From Eledone cirrhosa (Eukaryota), in contig OZ024743.1 of the NCBI GenBank assembly GCA_964016885.1, forward strand, positions 14,880,001 through 14,944,000: a stretch of DNA of 64,000 nt. The letters run 5' to 3'. The translations under genes were made by a program, and so were the position numbers. Shown here in pieces: positions 37,320 through 49,700 of the stretch. Within the stretch, counting starts at the first letter, position 1. Each line of letters begins with the position of its first letter. A model generated the notes under the pieces. The model saw only the letters and a program-made list of their open reading frames with translations, had not been told where the DNA came from and searched no databases.

Positions 37320-39562
37320 AGCAAAGTCATTTTTGCACGCTAATAAAGAGAAATCATCGAAAGATAACATCTAAATAGCTTTCATATAAAATGTTTTGCT
37401 TCGCTTGTTTAAAACTGATTGCGTTTATCGCACTTACAGTTGATGCGATGCGATACAAGCACTAAACATGATTGACGGTTAGATAGAATGAATGCCTTAA
37501 GATACATTTTTCTTATCTCAAAAGAAAAAAAATATATTTCATATCGATTTCTTTTATATCCAAATTTATTTCGTATAATCGTTTTTAGTTTTAGTTTTTC
37601 TAAATTGATTTCACTTGAAGATATAACGGAAATCAATCAGGAAAGACCGTATTGGTGATTAGAACAAGGAAAAAAATCAATACTACTACGAAAAGTAACA
37701 AAATAAGGTTTAATGAAAATAACGATTTCTTGTATTTATCACTCTTGAAAGGATATTATAAACGGTGGACTTTTATGCAGAATCCATTATGTAGAAACCC
37801 GGGCACAGAAGGCAAAATACATGCCATGAGGAGACGATACAGAATTGTAAAGACAATGTACAATATACACGAAGCCATGATCATTTTGCTACTGAAAACA
37901 AATGTTGTATTTACTCTACGTTGAAAAGAGTACACATGGATACACAGTGAAGGTACATTCATCTGAAATATTCTTAAATAACAGTTTCTAAATAAACTTA
38001 AAAAGAACATTTATTTCTCTCGTCTCATCCTCCCCTCTGGAATGAAATTCAATATGGTGAGTTTGTCAATACAATCTTAAAATCTGTGGTTTTGCTGCAC
38101 CCACGATGCCTGTATGATCATCAGTAGCCATTTTATACATATTCCACTACGCGGAGGATATTGACTGCAGGTTGAGCCATTGGTTCGTAGAATACATTTG
38201 GTTTACAAGAATGGAATGAATCGACATTTCAGTCTGTTCAAACACATTCTGTCACAAATAGAAGAGCTGGAGGGCAATAAATAATGCTGGTGTATTATTT
38301 TGAAATTGCTATACGATATTCGGGATTCAATTTGCTCCGAACCCATTTATGGATGAAATACATCAATGCTTGGCCCTTCTCTTGGTTCCCGTTCGAATCT
38401 ACCTGGAGCTATGTTTCCAAAATTATTACATGAATATTAATCTTATCTTGATGTCTGCTGCTCATAAAACAGAACTGCACGGATTTTTCAGTACTTGCAA
38501 GCCTAGATATGTTAACATTTTCTACAACCTGATATCTCATCAATGTAGTACCTATCATATGCATATTCGTGGTACACGATCGCATCTGAGTGTCGGCCTC
38601 TGCGTAATTTTTGACAGACAACTCACGTTTGTGTTCGGGTGAGATGCACTTTTACGTCTCGGTGTATGTTTCAATGGGTTAAGAACAAATATGTACACAC
38701 GTTTTCGTTATTATATCTGTTCAGGTTTATCCTTCGACTAATCTTGATGTGCATTTCTAGTTTATTTTTGTTCTTTTTGAGGTGGGTGTGCGTATTGGTT
38801 GGTAAGGTTTGTTGTTGTACTTGTTTGTATTCACCTTCTTTCTGATTTCTTTGCGTATTTAGTTATTGTTATTTTTTCATATGACAAGCTTTGATACTAG
38901 AGGTGATGGAGAGATGTGATTGGATGTTTCCTCAATGTCTCAATTGTGTTTAGTGTTTTCACTGTTGCTGGCAGAATGTCACTGAGTATCGAACTGGGGG
39001 ATCTATCATTGCTATTTTCATTGATTTGCATTACAAGTGATGGTTTCTCTTAGGTAAAAGTGCTGTTTGTTCGGCTCTATTATAGAAGGATATTCTTATT
39101 GAATATAAATTTAGAAGAAAACGGATTAATGATTCACTATGAACTTAGATGTGATATTATTAAGGAGTATGGGGTAGAAGAGTTTTATGTAACATTTTTA
39201 TTTCATATGGTCTGTGATATATTACTACTGCTAATAATTCTGCCTTGGTTAAATTATTGTCTAAAGCTATTGGTAAGGAAGGAGACAGTCATTAAATAGG
39301 TTAAAAATACCCTAACTTATTTCAAAAACCTACTGTCTAATGCAATTTTGGTTAAGAAATGACGTGAAGGATATTGTGAGAATATCTATGATTATATATA
39401 TGCTTATTCAGAATGGGCTTGAAGTTAAGCAAAAACAGACAAAGGAACTGCCGCACATTGAAGGAATCCATATTGCAATTGGAACATCTTTTGTCTATCG
39501 AACAAAATTGTCGGATCGATCACAATTAATCTCAGACTACAGTATAATTATATCAGCATCAC

Positions 39563-39599
<37 letters not shown>

Positions 39600-39803
39600 G
39601 CTATCTTCATCATTATACCCAACATAGATAGGAGTTGTATTATTACAGTTATCTCCCATTCTGTTTTTTTCCTCATTTTGATTTGTAAGAGATACATCCA
39701 CCAGAGAATCAACAAGGAGAAGACGGTTATCATTGAATAGATTGAAGGAAGCACGTATATTTGTATATATCCTCCCCGCATTAATGCATTTATATTTATA
39801 AGA

Positions 39804-39967
<164 letters not shown>

Positions 39968-40176
39968 GCATGAATTCAGGTATAGGTACATAAACATAAA
40001 ATTAAAACAAAATATGGGACCATTAATATTTATCACGAATATAATTGTCACAGTGCAATAGAGAGATATATTATTTGTTTTATGAGTGATATAGTAAAAG
40101 ACGCGTCTTAACGTTTAGGACCTTCGAGCTATATCAGAAAATAGAATGGTAAATCAGAGAAGAGCTGCAAACTTAA

Positions 40177-40396
40177 CCCTTTAATGTTCACACCGGCCAA
40201 AACCGGCCAGAATTCTATACCTTTTTCTGTTGTAACTAGCTGTAACTGTTCACTCAAACTGATGTTAAGGTATTGCTCTTAAAATAAATACTTTCAAAAT
40301 CTCATAGATTCGTTATTATGTTAGATAATTATGCGAGATAAGGCATTTACCATGAAAATATAATAGTATATATAGAGTAATGTGAATGTTAAATGG
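40177..40396. mobile_element. piggyBac-like MITE
   Basis: TTAA|CCCTTTAATGTTC ... GAATGTTAAATGG|TTAA. Confidence 0.6.
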
Positions 40397-40527
40397 TTAA
40401 AAGTAGGAAAAGAATGGCAGGAAGAGAATAGTGGAGGATAAGTGTTTGTGAGTCGTGGTATACTGGTAGGAAGCAAAAACCAATGAGAAAATCCAGGTGC
40501 GAAAAGATATCCAAGTGGAAGTTCAGG

Positions 40528-40580
40528 TAGAGTCCGTGTACAAGTCCGATGTAGAAATCAAATGAATTTGAGTGAAGACG

Positions 40581-40656
<76 letters not shown>

Positions 40657-40687
40657 TTGTATATATATATATATTTATATGTATATT

Positions 40688-40766
<79 letters not shown>

Positions 40767-40835
40767 ATATATATATATATAAATATATATATAAGTATAT
40801 ATCTATATATACAAATATATCTATCTATCTATCTA

Positions 40836-40878
<43 letters not shown>

Positions 40879-41302
40879 GAGTATAGTTCACTTGAAGCAT
40901 TGTGTAATGAGGTATAAACGTTTGTTTATGTATAATAAAGCCAAAACAATGCAGGTATGGACATAGAATAAAGAATGCAAATGCAAAAGATATTGTTGAC
41001 AATTAGTCTTTTACCTTAGATTTATTTAAATGTCCTTAATTTTCGAGATAATATCTCTTCTTCAGAGCGAAGTAATGTTGTCAACCAGTGTTCTAAATAG
41101 CTTGCCAAGTCATGACTTGGTAAGCTATTTAGAACACTGGTTGACACCTTTATTTCGCTCTGAAGAAGAGATATTATTTCGAAAACTAAGGACATTTAAA
41201 TAAATCTAAGGTAACAGACTAATTGTCAACAATATCTTTCATTTGCATTCTTTATTCTATGTCCATACTTGCATTGTTTTGGCTTATTATACATTTATAA
41301 AC

Positions 41303-41364
<62 letters not shown>

Positions 41365-41416
41365 GTCTTCACTTAAATTCATTTGATTTCTACATCGGAT
41401 TTGTACACGGACTCTA
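40528..41416. repeat. Nested palindrome: loopless ~200-bp inner arms (40914-41310, centre tca|tga 41112/41113) plus outer ~55-bp arms beyond (TA)n
   Basis: Direct reverse-complement match of both arm pairs. Confidence 0.9.
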
Positions 41417-41421
41417 ATTCA

Positions 41422-41645
41422 GTCTGTTTGTTTACAAACAAACAAACCGAGCATTATAATAAAGTTCGGTAAACCGATACGTGCATATATATATCTGTGC
41501 ATGTATATATATATATATACATACTACATATATGTATGTACGTATACATACATACATACTTACATTTAAGTAAGTGCCGTACTAAGAGTGAGAAATGAAA
41601 TTTCGTTACATTCTATTCTCTCTATATATACATATAAATATCTAT

Positions 41646-41742
<97 letters not shown>

Positions 41743-41965
41743 TATATTTATATGTATATATATATAGAATAGAATGAAACGAAATTTCATTTCTCACTCT
41801 TAGTACGGCACTTACTTAATTGTAAGTATGTATGTACGTATACGTACATACATATATGTAGTAAGTATATATATACATACATGCACACATATATATATGC
41901 ACGTATCGGTTTACCGAACATTTATTATAATGCTCGGTTTGTTTGTTTGTAAACAAACAAACAGG
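41422..41965. repeat. Inverted repeat, ~200-bp arms, centred on (TA)n
   Basis: 41422-41618 vs 41767-41965; part of the right arm also occurs at 27735-27800. Confidence 0.9.
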
Positions 41966-42191
41966 CCGAATTACGCCGTACAGTGTTTAGGCAACCACGT
42001 CACCTTTTTGTTCAACACTGACACAGGAACTGGACTCCAGAAATAGCCGTCGAAACGGCTTGAGCTCTGCCGTCGGGGTCATACTTTTTCCTATTTCCCA
42101 CTCTACTACCCTAAGTATGATATATATATTATTATATATAATACTACCCTAAGTATTATATATATATTATTATATATAATACTACCCTAAG

Positions 42192-42247
<56 letters not shown>

Positions 42248-42823
42248 CTTAGGGTAGTATTATATATAATAATATATATATAATACTTAAATACGTAAAT
42301 AAAGGGGACACGAGAGTGTAAACAAACAAAGATGGTGAAGCAACGAAAAATGAGGAAGAAAGAGTCAAGTCCCAAATTTCCATGAATATAAGGAGTTCGG
42401 TGAAATCGTGAACGAGAGAGAATAAAGACCATCAAACCTGGTTGGAATGTGAGCAAGGAAGGCATTCTGTTCAGGTCTAACGGGAGGAAGAAGGAATCTA
42501 TCTATATATATATATATATATATATATGTACTTGTGTGTGTGGCCGCGTGTTCATGTACGTGTGCGTAATTGGTTTTGCCCATTAGAATCCATACCTATT
42601 AACAATAGCTTATATTGCATCTGTTTAAGAATAAATCAGACGTAATTTCCCTTGGATATTAAATATTATTTAGAACGTTATTCCATTGCAAAGAGTGCGT
42701 CGTTTCTCTCATTACATCTGTTTGTTTATACAGACACATGCACGCACACACAGAGACACACACACACGCACACACACACATATATATATATATATATGTG
42801 TGTATATATATATATGTATATGC

Positions 42824-42939
<116 letters not shown>

Positions 42940-43427
42940 CATGCATATATTTGTGTCTGCGTACCCATATTTGCTTACACGTATCTTAGCGACAGTCACT
43001 TTCTCTCTGGTTTAATTACCCCTACGTTTCACACCACAATCTCACCCGCTATATTAGTGCTAACTTATGAACAAGTATTATCATTGGTTCTGAATTATTC
43101 ATTTTGAATTTCCTGAACTATACAATACACAAAGCGTATATCTCTTTACTGAAGTAGATCTAGACATAATTCACAAGACATTAGTAATAAACGAAATGTC
43201 TTACTACTAAATTCCCGGATGATTGGTTGATGTATTCAGAAACTACAGTAAATTAGGTATGTTCCTCAACAGCTCTATTCATTTTAGAGAATAACCTGTA
43301 AAGAAAATGTTCATGAACACTTCTCTATCTTAGTTCCTTAAAGGTGCAGCAATTATATTATGAACATATTTTTGTTTCATATTTCGATATTTACATAGTG
43401 TAATGTCACATTTCTCTGAAAATTTCA

Positions 43428-43467
<40 letters not shown>

Positions 43468-43469
<2 letters not shown>

Positions 43470-44420
43470 AGTTGCATTTATCTTGCTTTATGTTCATACG
43501 AGTTATCACCAAGTCACAACCAGTGACCTCAAGAGACAACAAGGTCCGCCATGTTCAAGAAAGAACATACATACTCACACATGCATCTTTAGGTGTTTAT
43601 ATTTGTGATGTACTTATATTGACAGAATCTTCCTTAGTATATGGGCAGTTCCCATTAGTACTATCTTTTGTATTTCTCCTATACGCGGGTTTCCTGGGAT
43701 TTGCGATAAGTAATCATTAGACCCCTTAGGTATCATTCCTAGAGCGCCTACAACCACTTTTATTGTTTTAGTTCTCAATTTCCACATTTTTCCAATTTCT
43801 ATCTCCAGGTCCTTATACTTGCTCAATTTTTCAATTGTTTTTATAGATACACTCTTGTCTATTGGAACGGACATATCAATTAGCAGACATACTCTCTTTT
43901 TAAAGTCCTTCAGTATTATATCAGGTCTATTTGCATCTATTTTTCGGTCTGTTTGGATGCTAAAGTTCCACAAGATTGAGATGTGATTTTTTCAATTTTG
44001 GGAGGTGGTTGATGCTCCCACCAATTCTGTTGATGGGGCAGGTCAAAATGCTTACACATTATCCAATGTATGTATTGTGCAGCCCTGCCATGCCTGTTTA
44101 GGTATTCGGTTGGAGCTATAGGACTGCACATTGAAATTATATGGTCAATGGTCTCTGGTTGTTTTTTAGATACACGGCATAATGGGCTGCATCCATTTTT
44201 TATTGTTGGCTTGGTAATTTTTTGTTGGCAGACACTGATCTTGTGCTGATATAATCAGTCCTTCAGTCTCCGATTTCAGTCCAGAGGATGCCAACCACTG
44301 ATGGGTTAAAGTTTTTTCAACATCAGGATTGTTAGCTCATTCTGGGTATTTTCCATACAGAGGCTTTTCTTGCCATTTCTTAGCCAGTTTCTGTAGCAGT
44401 TCTTTCTTTGCAGTTTCTTT
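43468..44420 (-). mobile_element. 3' fragment of a second, distinct R4/Dong-like RLE family
   Basis: WNFSIQTDRKIDANRPDIILKD...LIDMSVP...KYKDLEIEI...VVGALG; (TTA)n on both sides. Confidence 0.88.
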
Positions 44421-44440
44421 ATTATTATTATTATTATTAT

Positions 44441-46731
44441 TGTTCTTTGAGTCTCAGTCATTGATGTTAGTTAACTGGAAAGTTTGTTGAAATGAATATA
44501 AGCAATACCTGCAGCCTCAGATATTCAGGACGTATCGGAGGGTTTTTGCTTTTCCCAGCAAACATGCCTTTTGAAGCGTTCCAAAAAGCGGGGCGGGGCG
44601 AACTTTCTTTAACCATCCCTGGAAACTGTTTGAGATAGTACCAAGTGCGCCTATGACAATCGGGACCACTTTGATTTCATGGCAGTTCCAAATCCTTTTT
44701 ATCTCCCACTGGTATCGGTTAATTTTCTCCCTCTCCTCTTCTTGCACTCTCGTGTCAAATGGGCATGCCACATCCACAATCAGGTACGATTTTTTTCCTT
44801 GTCCAAAACCACCAGGTCAGGTCTATTGTGTTCCAGTTTCTTGTCCGTCTGTATCCTAAAATCCCACAGCAACTTAACTGATCGTTTTCTATCACCGACT
44901 CTGGCTTATGCTCATACCACTTCTTAGAATGTGGTAAATGTTTTACTTTGCATAGGTGCCAGTGGATCACCCTGCCCATCACATCATGTCTCCAGCCCTT
45001 ATAGTGAGTCTGGGCTAGCTGTTTACACTCGGATACAATGTGAGACACAGTCTCCATTCTCTCTCTCCATAGATACTGCACAGTGGGCTAGCCTCTTCCT
45101 TGTAAATATGGTGTTTCAACCACTTCGTTTTGCGGGCCTGCTCTTGCGCAGCCCTTAGCATTCCTTCTGTAGCCTCTTTAAGGTCTCTTCTTTTCAACCA
45201 GTTCCATGTCTGTGGATGTCTGAATTCAGTTTTCTCAAAAAAGGTACTATGAAGGGATATGTTATGAAGGCTGCTCTTTCTCCTTGTTGTTATTTCCTCT
45301 TTGGACATCCCCTGGTCAATTGTCCTCTCCTTCAGTACAATTCTGAGCATTGGCTATCAGTCCCGTATTTGTGTAGGTTGTTTTTCTCCATCTGAACACA
45401 GTCCTCTATGCTGATAAGACCTCTTCCAACTTCAGATCTCCTTAAGTAGAGTCTATCGACATTACTCCTCTTGTGGAACATGTTGTAGATAATCAATAGC
45501 TTCCTAGTCTTCCTATCCATTTCTTTTTGTTCAGCAACATTCCATCTCAGAATTCCCGCACTGTACCTAATAATAGACACAGCTCGGGAATTTACTGCAC
45601 TTATGACATTCCTACTGTTCAGATATGACTTTAATATGCTCCTTACTCTCCGAATGTATTCAGATCTTATCAATTACTTCATTTTTTGTTCTTGATGTCA
45701 TCAGCCTCCAGAAAACCCAAATACTTGTATCCTTCTTCAGTGTCAATTTCCTTTATCATCTTACCTGTTGGAACCTGGATTCCGTTGATTCTGCTCAATT
45801 TACCCCTCTTCATCACAAGGACTCCACACTTACTAATACCAAATGTCATACATATATCATTGCTGAAAATACGGACAGTGTCAACAAGCACATCCAACTC
45901 CTTCTCACTCTTCCCGAAGAGCTTAAGATCGTGCATGAAGAGGAGGTGATTGATGGTAAGCTCTCCCTTTCCCAACTTGTATCCTGCTCTCACTTTTCGC
46001 AGTATTATGGTGAGAGACATCAGGGCACGGACAACCAACAGAGGGTACAGACTATCTCCCTGGAAGCTACCTCTCTTGATCTTCACGCCTCCCAAGAATT
46101 CTCCAGCTGATGTTAACTCTGTTTTCCAGGACTTCATACTTTTGCCTAACAACTGTCTGATGTTATCTGCCACCTTGAACATCTCTACGGTTTTGGTGAT
46201 CCAAGAATGAGGCACCATGTCAAATGCCTTTTTGTAGTGTATCCATCCCATGGCAAGACCAGTGTGTCTCTTTTTGCAATTTCTCATTACCATCTTATCA
46301 AGAAGTAACGGGTCCTTTGAACCACGGGACTTCTTTCGGCATCCTTTCTGTTCGTCCGGTAACAAGTTGTTTGTGTGGAGGTGATGGTAGATTTCGTCAG
46401 ACATAATGCTTGTCAACAGTTTCCACATTACGGACAGACATGTGATAGCTCTATAGTTGGTAACATCATTACCCTTGATTCGGTCTTTCATTATCAGAAA
46501 TGTGGTACCTTTTGTCAACCACTCTGGTACCTCACGTGGCATCAAGCAGTCATTGAACATGGTTGTCAGTTTCGGGTGAAGGGATGTTATATTTTTAATC
46601 CAATACACCTGCACACCATCTGGGCCTGGTGATTTCCAGTTGGTTAGTTTTTGGCCTGCCCCTATAAGAGTTTCAACTGTGATACTCAAATCAGTTTGTT
46701 GGTGTGGCTGTTCACTAATCTCCTTTTGTAC
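44441..46731 (-). mobile_element. 5'-truncated, degenerate copy of the first R4/Dong family
   Basis: Colinear with 12570-14880; LFMHDLK; (TTA)n on both sides. Confidence 0.92.
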
Positions 46732-46777
46732 TATTATTATTATTATTATTATTGTTATTATTATTATTTTTATTATT

Positions 46778-49700
46778 GGCGACCTACGTAGTAAATCGTA
46801 TAATCGTGAGCTCCGCAAAGGTTTGTTATTTTCAGTTGTTCAAAATTGCTATTCATGGAAAATGTTATTGTTAATTGTATATAAGTGCACATACATTGTT
46901 ATCTGAAAAGGACACCCAAAAAGATTGGGGCTTTGAGCCCAAAATTTAAACTTTTATAATTATCAAACAAAAGAATTTTTTTGAAACACCATGGCTGACT
47001 CAGAGTCACTCCTTTCTCACAAACTAACACCTCACACCGACACCACCTTTGTAAATATTACTACGTTTGCCAACACTAAAAAAAATATAAGCAGTAGCAA
47101 TATTTTAAATTTGTCTCAGGCAGACATTCATTTTCCGCCATTACCAATGACTGTAGGTGTTAAATCCGCCACCACCACCACCACCACAACCGCGACAACC
47201 ACCACCCCCACCACTACCGCGAAAACAGAAACAAAAGAAAAAAATAAATTAACTCGTGATATCGAAATGAATTCAACCAAAATGAACTCTTCCACACCGA
47301 ACACCACTGACGCCACCACCACCACAACTGAAACTAAAATTAATAATAACAAAAATAACGATAACAACAACAGCAACAATGACATTAAGAAAACCACTCT
47401 GAGTTTTGCCAGAGTAGCAAAATAGTACGAAGCATTTCAGGTAACTCAGGAGGAATTAGAAGAAGCCAAATAAATGGTAAAGAAAGATGGGTACATTGTC
47501 AGCCCCCCCCCCACCACACACATCTAATAAAATGGAGCATCGACGCCTATGCACCGTGTCTTATCGAACAATCAATATAAAATTGCGGCGAGTGGAACGG
47601 GCATCCGAGTCCCAAATCAAAAAATCTTTGGGACATGTGTGGGCAAAAAAAAACACATCAGACGTGGGCAGAAGTATGGAACCGTGGACGTGTTCTTTGA
47701 AACACCACAGGAGGCTAGACAACACTCCATGGCCCCATTAAGAAGTGACGACTTCACACTCGTCCCAATCTATTGTGGCCAGAGACACGTAAAGATCAGG
47801 GTGACCCACGTTCCACCGGCCATCGAAATTCCATGGCTAATAGCAGCCGTCCTCGCCGGCATCGTGGCCAACACCAAGATAATCGAAATAGCGAAAGAAA
47901 TTCAGGAGAACTGGTCCGGATCTGGGATGGAGCTCCTGATCCAAGCGGACCAAAAAAGCACTGAGGAGATCCCAGAGGTAATAGACCTCATTGACGGCAG
48001 CCGCCTCACCGAAATTGTCGAGAGCAGAAGGCCTAGGTGTGTCGTTTGTGGTGAAGGAACCCATCTAAGGCCTTTCTGCCCCCAGGGTAAAAGGTTGAGG
48101 CCACCTCTCCTACCCACCCAGTGACTCAACCATCAACACCACCAGCAGCAGAGTTGGCAACAACAACTGTAGCAGCAACAACAGAAGCAACTATAACAGC
48201 AACAACCCCAGCAACAGTAGCAAAACCAACACCACCACCACACAACGCGCCAGAACTAGCAGCAGCGCCTACACCATCCACCACGCCACAGCCAAAACTA
48301 ACGCCCGTGGAGGATTTTCAACTCGCCGGCCTATCACAACTGGAGACAGATTGGGACGACGAGGAGTGGGAAACGGTATCAGCAAAAAAGAAAAAAAGAA
48401 ACCAAAAAAAGAAAAACATTCTCTTCCTTCCACCTCCAAAAACAAAATACAGAGGGAAACAAATAAACTATCAGACAAAAAAGTTAGGACAGATATGCCC
48501 CATCCACACCAGCATCACCAACCCAATCACCACAAACACCAACACCATCACCATCATTAACCCCAACACCACCATCACCTACACCACAAAAGTCACCAAA
48601 AAGCGAAACAGAAACAAACCCACAACAAACACAAACAAAACAAAACAACCAAAACGATACACACTACACAGCATTAAATTTGAAAAACAACCAATTATAC
48701 ACTACATCCAACACAACACCAGCATCACAGAAAAAGACTACACAGCAACCCAAAAGTTCACACCACCTCCACACATACAAATCACTCGCATCACACAGAA
48801 AACGTACATGACACTAAAACAAAAATTCCCCAAAGACATCGGAGACTTCCGACAAGCACTCTCCAGGAGGATTTATAAGGACATCCTTCCGGAGGAGGCC
48901 ACAAGCAGTGAAAAGGATGTAGAAACCGTCCTTCCTCTATGAGAAGTAAGGTAAGTGGTCTTTCCCATCTTTTCCACTCCGTTTCAACATGACCTCACTC
49001 AGAATAGGCAGCATAAAAGCGCGTGGCTTGGGGTCGACATGGAAGCAGAGCCACCTGCTCAACGACCTCAGGTCACTAAACATAGATGTAGTGGCCATCA
49101 GCGAGACCAGAATCTCCGAAGCACGGGCCTTCGCACCGATCTTCGGTGGCTACAATGTGTACGCATCTCCCAAAAGTCCGGGATCGGGGGGAGGAATTGC
49201 TGTGCTTTTTCGGAGAGGTTTGGATCTCGCAATACGGGCCATCTTCCTGGACCCAGAAGGTAAGTTGGTGGTGCTGGACGTGACCAGCGGAGACGGGCAA
49301 GCTTTCAGGCTACTGGTCGTCTATGCCCCGACAGGAGCAGGGCGGCCTGATTTCATCCGGCGTCTGGAGACCTTTCTTGGAACGTCCCGCTCTTTAGTGT
49401 TAGTGGGCGAGTGGAACGGGATCTTAGATGCACGTAGGGACTGTGTGGGATTAGCGGATAGGGGAGGAGGATGCAAGAGTCTCACCAACCAGCTCAGGTG
49501 TTTTGAACTGTCTGACAGGTACCGATTGGATTTCCCGAATGTGCCAACATAGACTTCGACAAATCGCATAGGGTCATCCAGATCATATATAGATAGAGTA
49601 TTTTGTAGGGAAATAGATAGGTCTAGCATAGGCGGTCCACAATTCAAGATAGTCAGCTACACGGACCACAAATTCGTGATCTGTGTGCTTGACTTAGATA

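Noticed and set aside
42105-42290. CRISPR-like repeat-spacer pattern
   Set aside because: Spacers are near-identical TA-rich runs, context is eukaryotic, no cas genes
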